A stretch of 64,000 bases of DNA, taken from NCBI RefSeq assembly GCF_009914755.1, contig NC_060942.1; one strand, 5' to 3'. Shown here one piece after another: positions 54,501 to 64,000 of the stretch; the stretch's first letter is position 1, and each line of letters begins with the position of its first letter. The notes under the pieces were generated by a model. That model was not told where the DNA came from, did no database searches, and saw only the letters and a program-made list of their open reading frames with translations. A program made the position numbers and the translations under genes. The DNA is from the human T2T-CHM13v2.0 reference genome, Homo sapiens.

Positions 54501-56474
54501 AGAAAGGAGTTTAGTAGTACTATTTCACCGTAGTGTTTACCATAGTGTTTACTTTTGGTTCACCTTCCCTGCATTGCTGAGAATATTGAGTTCATGCACA
54601 ATTATTTTTAACCTATTGCCAATGCAAAACTATAATTCTTGTGGCTCAATACATTGTTTCAATTTTCATTATGTGTATTTCTTCTGATCAGTTTAATTCC
54701 ACTCATTTCAGTCTAATATTTGAATTTTAATATTATGTATTAAATTAATATTAAATTTAATATTTGAATACCCACTTCATGCTTAGTATAGCAGTAGTCT
54801 GCAATAGTGATGATAAAGTGAATGATACGAATGATACGATATTTCTGTTTACTGGGAGGCTATAATCTAGGTGCCTTGGAAAATTCTGTCAATATTAGTG
54901 TTAGTTTGGAGAACTGTCTTCAGAAATATAAGACAACAGTGATAGGAAACCAATTTGTGACCTCCATAAGTCATTCCATCTGGTTTGTGGAGGATTATGA
55001 GATTAACACTACTTGTTAGTGCTATCATTAATAATTATGCCTCTGTATATGTGTGCAGAAATTTAGGGATGATGAGACATTCTCAGGCATTTCATTTCTT
55101 TTGCAGCTTTTTGTGTGGCCTTGTAGATAGAGGGTCACTGGAAATTTCTAGGCCTGTTCATCCTGTCTTTTCCTTCCTCATGAGACACCTGTATGTGTCA
55201 TGTAGGTCTTGCAGATGTGAAAAATAATGTTTTAAGAGTTCACAAGAGAGAGTTTAGAGTTCCAGATGACAGCATGTATCTTTTTTAAATCATTCATTCA
55301 ACTTAGCACACTACTACATCCTTTTTCTCATTTGATTCTCAGAAGTTTTTTTTTTTTGTTATAAAGGATATTTACCTATCATTTATATTTTCAGTGCTTA
55401 TTTCATTGAAGGAAACCAGTAAAACTTACACAGTCATTGCATATCAATTTTTTATGGCACAATACTCTCAAAGTTATTGCTTCTCCTCACGTATCTCACC
55501 TATGCTTTTGCAATAATAGTTCACCATTCTGGCTCCTTCCAGATTCTTACTAACGTATGTGCATCAGTGGTTCACAGATAGTCTGCCCCAAAGATAGTTC
55601 GTCTTCCTCTTTTCCTATAATGAGGACTTGACCACTTTCTCTTTTTAAAATAATTTTTGCTACTTGAATTTAGGTGTAATTTTTAAACTAAGGTACCTTT
55701 GGAAACCAAAGACTTATCTTCTAATGGATGGCTACAGTCTTTCCAGCATTTGGCTGGATCCAACTGTGATTATACGTTATATGTGGTATCTCTGCTTTGT
55801 TCAATTTCTTCTATTTCCCTCAACCCTTTAAAAACCTTTAAGTCTTCCACTATTTCTTATGGGAGACAGGTATACCCTATCAAGGGTAAGGAGAATCTTA
55901 GTTATTATTCTTTTTCATATTCAGGATAAAATTGCAGATATTAAATATTAAATAAATCTAAATATTATGCTTTATCCTTTTTCTCCTATAGGTGATCCCT
56001 AAGATGTTTTCTAAATGTATCCTAATATTTCATAGGACCATATGTATTAAATTTCCCCTTTATAATCTGACCTAAAACCTAATGGAAGCATAATACATGT
56101 TAAAAAAAAAGAAAACATACTCCATGCCTACCACACACAATGATATTACATAATATCCTAATATAATTTTCATTTTATCCTTTATTCTTTGTTTCATTTC
56201 TCAACTTTTCTTTACAACTTTACTTTAAAAATATTTTCTAGAAGTTCTCATTTATTATATATGTCATATTTTCTCTTAAGTCCTTTTTCTCTGAGACTAC
56301 CATATTCCTTCTTCGCTTTCCTTATTTTCTTCTTTCTTCTTATTCCTCTTCTCTATTCATCATTCCTTCTTTTCTATCCATTTTGCTATTACAGTATTTG
56401 AGATTTTTTCCCCTCTCCTCTTTATTTTCTTCTTTACTTTATCATTATTATATGGTAGCCTTTTTCCTCTATCC

Positions 56475-56684
56475 CAGTGATTCTCATCTGGGAGTAATTT
56501 TGCTCCTCAAATGACACTTGAAAATATCTGGAGACATTTTTCTTTGCCACAGCCAGGAAGTGGTGCTATCCAATGTGTAAAGAACAGGAATGCTACTATG
56601 CACACCATAATACACAGAATGTTCCCTATAACAAAGAATTATCTGTTCCAAAATCTCAGTGCTGCTGAGGTTGAGGAACAGCTT
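56475..56684 (+). mobile_element. MER20 (hAT-Charlie)
   Basis: 'cagtgattctcatctggg...tctggagacattttt...acaaagaattatctgttccaaaat...gctgaggttgaggaac'. Confidence 0.9.
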
Positions 56685-57829
56685 TACTCCTATCTCTGTT
56701 CTAATGCACTGTGCATAAACCACAGCTCATTCTAGCTTATGCCATATGGCTCCTTTCGAAACATTTTCACTGTACTTTTATCAAATGTATTTTTTTGATG
56801 AGAAGGTCTACAGATATACAATAAAAGGTCCCATGAAATTTTCAGGCTGGCATACACACACAGATTTGGAACATTTCACACCAGCTCCTCTGACACACTT
56901 TATATTTATGAAATATTAATGAAAAATTATCTATCAAATAAAAGCTGGCTGCTTGTAAGTAAATGCCTATCCCATTTTCCTCTTGTTATATGTCACCTGA
57001 CTTATATTGGGACCAATAATTAGAAATATCCCACCTCTTTTTGATCCAACATTTAGCGTTTTCAGAGTTTCTAGAATTTTTATTAGTATTTGTTGTCTCC
57101 AATCTCTAATCTTTATTGCCATAAAATATAATTGTTAATCTATTTTATTTTAATGACCTGGGAATTTCACTTGTTTCCACATACAATGGCAAAAAAAATT
57201 CAAAATCATTCTTTATGTTCCTTCAGAGATTTTTACAATGCCATAAAATTAGCAGCACTTTTGCTTCATCAACAACATATTTGATTTTTGATGATTTTTT
57301 AAATTTCTCAAATAGATTTTCTAGTATGAATCTATAATTTTATATTTTACTGCATAGATTTTTTTCTTCCTACCATAAATAAATAATTTTATCAATATTT
57401 TAACCTAATAAGTTCTTATCTCAAATCCAACATTGCTCTGTTGCACTATGATTGGGTTCTCTAAGCTCTTCATAGATAATGACTTCACCTTTTTTTATCT
57501 TTTCTTTTTTTTAACCTTCACCCTATCTACACAAATTTCCCTCATTCTTCCTTATTTTTCCCCTCACCTTTGTTTGATCTATACTCTCTGTATATTTCTG
57601 TAGCTTAAAATATCTACTTCACTCAGTACAACCTCTGTTTTTACTCATCACATTTGCAGGTTTCTTTCAAATTCAACACAAACTTATTTAAGAATATTAT
57701 CAAATTCTTAAAAATCAATAACACTTATGATAAAAGACTTTTGCTTTATATTTCAAAATATTGTAGACATTGATGCTTAACAATTTAAAAATCATTGACA
57801 TCTTCTTTACTTCTTAATGAAAGAGTCCG

Positions 57830-58560
57830 TCTTCCAAAATGATGCTGAAAATGCCAAATTCTTGCTGTCCCGACCTCCCCAATAACTAAGAATGATTGAT
57901 AAGCCATGTCTAGGCAAAGAGAAGCATAAGCGAGTCCTCTGAGAAGTTTCTGGGAGAGACCATTTTCTCTAACAACAAGAGAAGGTGGGGAGGAATATCC
58001 CCTGATTTATATTTGGAAAATAATCAGACACTACCACTCTTCTGGTTTTTGGCCATTATCTTTTGAAGAAATGAACTTTAGAACTACTGGTTCCTTGACC
58101 ACAGGGAGATTTTGCTAAGCTCCAGACTAGCAGAATAAGTTGTTATGAAGAACTAAGTCCTTGGTGGCATTATTACACCTCTGAACCAATTATTTATTAT
58201 GGTACTTATGATGCTAATAAGAATGGCTGATATTTTTGGAGTATTTACTAAGTCAGAAGGACTTTATGTTCTTTACACAGGTAATCTAATTGTGAACATA
58301 ATCCTAAGTGCTGTTTTTTGCAACTATTTTCCACATTTTATATCTGAGGTAAGTAAAGAAGAAAAGGTTAAAAAGCTTGCCCATGATCACACAGCTAGTC
58401 AGGTAGAGCTTGAGTCTTGACAGACTGGCTTCATTATGTACATTTTATCATAAAGTGACACCTGTTCCAGACTTTGTGGGACATAAAATGATGAATGGTG
58501 TCTGAGCTGTATGAGACACCGTCACCTAATATTCTAAGTAAAAGCAACTGAGCACACTTG
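57830..58560 (+). mobile_element. Old MLT1 (J/K-like) LTR remnant, apparently interrupted by a MIR
   Basis: 'gtttctgggagagaccattttctct...gaagaactaagtccttggtggcattatt...ctctgaaccaa' then 'ccagacttt...gcaactgagcac'. Confidence 0.5.
58205..58450 (-). mobile_element. MIR
   Basis: 'acattttatatctgagg...aggttaaaaagcttgcccatgatcacacagctagt...cagactggcttc'. Confidence 0.8.
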
Positions 58561-58800
58561 TTCTTATGTCTGGCGCAGGTATCAATTGTCCTGATCCACT
58601 GACATTTAATTATTTTTTAAATCATATTCCCCAATGTTAATTGTGTAAACTGTATAAATGAGACATCTTACATTCTCTATTCCTACCTCTTCCCATTGTG
58701 TGGGAGACTTACAATTTACCCATTCCTCTACTCTTTTCTTTCTGTTACCTAGTTCCATATACTTTAGTCCAGTTGCTTTCGTTTTGTTTATACCTGCTGT

Positions 58801-59548
58801 TGAGAGGAGTTTACTAGCTTGCCTTAGGTAGACAGAAAGAAAAATGTCCACAGAGAGCCCCCCGACCCACAGGTCAGTGCCTCATCCCCACATCTGAGTG
58901 AATAAACTTACACAGGGGTTGTGCCTGAAACACACTGGTAGCTAAACAGGTAGAAGAACCTCTAGCCCACTCAGATAAGGAAACTTACAGAAACCTCCAG
59001 CCCACTCAGTTAAAGAAACAAGGCCCAACATAGAAATGCCTTTATCCTTTGTGTAACCAGAGGGGTTCCAGGAGATAGCGTCTTCTCGCTTTGTAGGCAC
59101 ATACATAATGGGCTGTGGTGGGCCCCTTCCTTTTCTTTTTTGGGCATACTTTAAACTGTGAGCCGAGCCTCTATGAATCATCACTTTAGCCTCTGATTGG
59201 TCCTGGGCCAAGGTCCTGGGCAAAGCTTTCACTTCAGCCCCTGATTGGTCCTCGACCAAGGTCCCAGGTCAAGCTGAGTAGTGTTTTATTCAAGACAACC
59301 TGAAGACCAGTCAGCACATTCCTCCTCTTCCAGTCTATAAAAGACCCCTGACCCAACCTCATAGTGGGCAGCCCTCTTGGGCCCCCTCTACACTGCAGAG
59401 AACTTTCTTCTTTCTCTTATTAAACTTTCACTCCAACCTCACCCTGTGTCCATGCTCCTTAATTTTCTTAGTCCTGAGACAAAGAACTCCATGTACTACC
59501 TCAGACAACAAGACTAAAACATTGTGGTGCATTGGCAAGACTGCAGCA
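58801..59548 (+). mobile_element. ERV1-class solo LTR (family unresolved)
   Basis: TG...CA ends, 4-bp TSD ctgt / ctat, duplicated inverted CCAAT (ctgattgg), TATAAAA at 59336, ATTAAA at 59419. Confidence 0.88.
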
Positions 59549-60789
59549 CTATCTACTGACTTATATAAATGGGTTTTCTTAGTTCCTTTTCCTTAGCCTT
59601 CAGAGCAACTGCCTCTTTGGAAAGAGATGAGAGTGCTCTCTCCATTGCCAGATCTCTTCAGGTTTTTACATTTGTCTCTCACTTTTTTCCCTCTTTCATT
59701 TCACAACCTGCACTTCATCCTCATTATCCTCCTTCCTATATTTTAATACCCCCAGAAGCTGTTTTTAGTGGTACATTATTAGTACACTGTGGGGTTCTTA
59801 AATGTAAGGATTATCTTATTTGCATACTTATTTGTTATTATTTGGAAAGGGGTTTTATCCCTAGAGATTATCACAGAACCCAAAATGAGACAGGATCTCA
59901 AAGATGCCTATTAAAGGAAGGGACACTTGTGTGAATATGTTAACAACACTCTGAGCATCTTTTTCTGTATTAATTTGAGCAGATGCTACAGCTCCATGGA
60001 CATTTTTTTCCCATCAAAGTTCTGGAGTCTGTCTTTTGTTCTTGGTCCCCTTTTTATTATTTTATTTTCTTGTGTAGTCTGGATAGATGTGTCCTTTTTG
60101 TCCCAAGAAGCTATCCAGAGTTCCTTATACAAATGGTATTTATTCTCCAGATCTAAAACCTTTACTTTATTGTGCCTTTTACTTAAATAATTTCCTGAGT
60201 TTCATCAGTAGCTGATCTTTAGATGTCCTCTGCACTGCTATAACTGATTTTAGTTCTTAAACAAAAATTGCCCATAGGCACTGTTTCATCCTCATATTAG
60301 TGAACAGGGTCTTTAGCCTTGGCCTGTTCAGTAGAATCATCACAAAGTTCTCTGAATAGTATTGGTCCTTTATATTTTCGACACCTTCTCTATAATAAAT
60401 TCAATTTATCATCTCATCCAATGCTCATATCAAATTTCTTGCATCCTAGATTTTGAATTACAGCAAATATGTCCCTTGATATACCCAATAGAATAATAAT
60501 CAGGGTTCTCACAGTGTGATCTCTCCTTAGGCCTCTGCTCTTATCTCTGGTGTCACTGTTTCCCACAAATCTTCCCATGAAATGATACCTCCCACTCCTC
60601 AATATGTACATACTGTCTTCTTTTCCTCTTCGTCTGCAGGAATACTCATTCAGCTCTTTTCTTGCTTTTCTATACTGTCATTTTTTAATTCTTCCTACAT
60701 CCCTTCCACTCTTCTCTCTTATCCTAATTACTTAGCATTTCCATGAATATCTCCTACTATTACAAATATTTTTACTATGTAACAATGAT

Positions 60790-61000
60790 AATTATAAATG
60801 ACAGTTAAGGCTATTTATTAAACAATGTTGGTAAGCCAGGTACTTTATTTGGTGTGCATGTATTTGCGTATTTGTGTGTGTGCATATTTTAGTACTCATA
60901 ATAGCTAAATGCATTTTTAAAATTAGAAAATGGAGACTTCGTTTTTAAGTGAGTGGCTCCAGATCACATGTGATAAGTGGTATTAGTGACAGACAATTGC
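60790..61000 (-). mobile_element. MIR
   Basis: 'gctatttattaaacaatg...agccaggtact...gaaaatggagactt...taagtgagtggctccagatcaca'. Confidence 0.6.
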
Positions 61001-61499
61001 ATTTTCTTAACATCTTTAATGAATCAAGTGCTATGTGTGTGAATGAATATGTGTATCTCATTTAATTCTCCTATGCATTACATATAATATGTAATTATAG
61101 TATAGATTATATTATGTATATATTATATATAACATGTGATGTATAATATATCTTTTATATATTCTATATGCACACACACACACAGGAACCCCTTCTGCAC
61201 ATAAGGTATCTCTACTTGCCAGCATTTTACTCCTACTGCTGTTGACCTTATAGTTTTATTGGGCACTTTCATTTTTGGTGTTAGTCTTTTCATTTCCTTT
61301 TTTTAAATTTTACTTTAAGTTCCTTTTTTTCTTTCTCCATTATTTCTTCTTAGCATATGCTTACACAGCCTTCTCCTATGTAAGTCCTATTCTCTTACAT
61401 CCTTTTCAGCTTTACCTTTGTACTCCTCCTAGTGCCCTGGCATCCTCTCAGCATGCATCACTGGCTTCCATGCACGAAGTTCTCTAAATAACAACCTTG

Positions 61500-61680
61500 C
61501 ATCTCACTGGCAGGAGAAACAAAGACCCCCACTGTGACTGACGAGGACTCAAAGGCTTAGTGAGTGTTAATGACTTGCTTAAGGTCACTCTGTGATTTAA
61601 CAGCATAAGCTGCTCTAGAAGCAAGTCTTATAATCCTGTCCTAAGTCTGACACCTTGGTCTTTTCTACTGCACCCTACTG
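61500..61680 (-). mobile_element. MIR
   Basis: 'gaggactcaaaggcttagtgagtgttaatgacttgcttaaggtcac'. Confidence 0.7.
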
Positions 61681-63490
61681 CCCATGGCTGTAAGTATCTA
61701 ATTTCATCTCAGCAACTGGTTCTCCTATGTAATTCTGAGAACTTCTTCAACTATTTACCAAACCTGCTTAAATCTGCCCTTCCTAAAATAACCTGCAGTA
61801 AACTTTTTGCTAAATCATAGAATCATTATTTAGCTCTTACTTCACTTGGCATTTGCTCCTCCTTCACTGTCTTCCCTTAGTTCTCCTCCACCCCTGTGGC
61901 TCTTCCTCTCACATCTGTACTGGTCTACCTGACTCTCAAAAGGCGTTTTGTTCCATGAAAGAGAATAAAATGAGAGGTGTCAAAACTTTCTTTGGTTTTA
62001 ACCTGTTGCTTATACAATTGCAGTAAATGATTAAAGGATTGACCATTACCTCCATTTTGGGTTTGTTCCTGAAACCCAAAAAGTGAAGAAATCCCACTGA
62101 GCTTCCTGGGTGTGCTTTGAACTAACAGGGTCCAAGTGGCACTACAATTACCTATAGTCTTAGAAGAAATTCCCAAATGTGTCTTGCCTGCTTCTCATTT
62201 GCTGTAGGTGGGGCAGTAGTCATCAAATGGTATTTCGTGAGCATACTTCATCACAAACTGCAACAAAACCCCAAATGGCGACTCACTGGAGGGGCCACAG
62301 TACAGTAACATAATTTGATATGTTTAATAATCAGTCTGGGAAACAAGGCTGATAGAAGCAAAATGGCAGAACGGAAAATAGGCCTATCAGTAAGCGTGAA
62401 CATTTCTGTGAGGTTTATGTCTTCATTAAAAGAAGACTTGAGTATCTGGGGTTGTAAACTTATTAGAGATCTATGTGGAGTCTGACCTCTATATAGGTAT
62501 GAGCTATCAATCTTTTAGCTCCTCATAATTTCTGAAAGGGATTTAGCCTTCAGTGTAAATCATTTGAAATTGTTGATTATTGACATTTATGAGTGCATAC
62601 TGATGAGATAGGCAAAATCTGGTTACGGATTACATATTTCTAAGTAAAATTTTGAATCTATAATTATATCTGGAATAACATCCAATGTGTTAATAGGTGG
62701 GGTGAGGCCTTTTACCTGAACATTTGGTACAACATGGTTTCAATACCTTTTGTGCCATAACTTTTTTCTACTAGATTTAGAAATGCCTGGATGCAACAAG
62801 GACAAGGGCAGAGCCTGGAACATATGCCCTGGGATCCCAAAGTAAGACCAGTAGTGACTGGATGAGCATCCATAGACCCCATTCATAGTAAGTGCTCTGA
62901 AATCTTCCACTAAACTTATTTCTTCACATGGGCTTGTCAGCAGCGGTATCTCCTAAGTGGTTTGAATGTGCAATAACTTTTTCTAAAGGCATTGTCTTAA
63001 TAATCAAGATTTATACAATTTTTTAAAGTATGGTGAAGCCTTAAGATTTTTATTTCTATCCCTTCATATTAGAGATAGAAGATTAGAAATTTTAAGGAAG
63101 ATACATTGCTTATGAAAAATCACACCAATTGTTGGTAACAGTTTGCTCAACAGAGTTGAACCTCAGCTTTTCCTCTTCTCAGGAGGTAAAACTTACCCTC
63201 ATCTCTTGAATGGTTGGATAAATTCATTTTTTTTCTTCTTGAAGAGAAATTACTTTTGATTTTTTTCAAAGTCTTCTGAATTAGTGTTTGCCAGAGAGTG
63301 GGGAAAAGGTGAAAATATAAACAGAGTCACAAAGATATGATCACCACAGCCATCTGGGTTCTCTGTGTATTCGAAATTCCTGGTTGTGATATGGAAGGGT
63401 AGTGGTGATATTCAGCTTGGATATAGAACAAGATGGTTTCCAAGTTTATAATAATAAGGCAGCTAGTAGAAAACAGTGAAACCTCTTGAA

Positions 63491-63563
63491 ATCTATCTAT
63501 CATCTATCCATCCTCTCCCTATCTTTTCATCCATGTACTCATCTATGTATCTATGTATCTATT
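63491..63563. repeat. Degenerate (TATC)n repeat
   Basis: atctatctatcatctatccatc...tatctatgtatctat. Confidence 0.7.
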
Positions 63564-63599
63564 TCATTAATGCACTTATGAGCTGAAAAGTAAAGGAAG

Positions 63600-63732
63600 G
63601 ATTCTTAGGAATTATGAATTCAAGAATCCAAAGAACCTCAAACACAATATATTACAAGAAATCCCAAGACACCCCCTCCTACATATTGTCTAATAAAACT
63701 AGAGAACACAAAGACAAAGAGAAGATCTAAGG
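63600..63732 (+). mobile_element. Old L1 ORF1 fragment
   Basis: 'attcaagaatccaaagaacctcaaac...aaaactagagaacacaaagacaaagagaagatct'. Confidence 0.65.
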
Positions 63733-63824
63733 ATGAGGGGAAAGGTGAGAATGAATCTTCAAAAGATAAGAAAAAATATCAGGTGACTTCTTATTAGCAC
63801 AAATAGAATCCAGAAAACAGGAGA

Positions 63825-63940
63825 ATAAGGTGCTGAGAGAACATAACTCTTTCACATCTGATAAGTACCAGGATTTGAACAGAGGAAGTCTAAGTTCAAA
63901 GCCCACACTTTCAACCACGGTGCAATTCTGCCTTTCTTTC
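63825..63940 (-). mobile_element. MIR fragment
   Basis: 'ccaggatttgaacagaggaagtctaagttcaaagcccacactttcaaccac'. Confidence 0.65.
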
Positions 63941-64000
63941 AGCCAGAGTCAACCAAATATAAAACTTACTGATGACAGAAAGGACAATAACCATGATCAT

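Noticed and set aside
62280-62300. ctcactggaggggcc as a CTCF site
   Set aside because: Three mismatches in the core

Overview
AT-rich, CpG-depleted primate DNA (probably human or another ape, judging by AluJ/AluS/AluY elements) of intronic or intergenic character. I find no supportable protein-coding gene, RNA gene or CpG island. The recognisable ORFs in the track are read-throughs of Alu, L1 ORF2, MaLR-internal and Tigger transposase relics; the rest look like chance ORFs. The window is dominated by transposon fossils: a near full-length ancient L1ME-type LINE, HAL1 remnants, an L1PB, an L1MB carrying nested MER47/MST/Alu inserts, a twin-primed L1MA carrying nested MADE1/THE1/Tigger3/MER2 pieces and an old deletion, a complete MSTA provirus, a full-length Tigger4 (Zombi) with an AluSp inside, an ERV1 solo LTR, and many MIR/L2/MER fragments. 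The most interesting non-routine signals are (1) a ~55-bp inverted templated insertion flanked by a 25-bp duplication at 12.4 kb, copied from 13.1 kb, and (2) a candidate minus-strand first exon at ~11.6-11.9 kb ending ATG CTG GCG TCT|GTAAGT, in line with the + strand bias of the L1s. I do not see a novel multi-gene biological system. Repeat subfamily names come from recalled consensus sequences and need RepeatMasker/Dfam confirmation; boundaries of old repeats are approximate.
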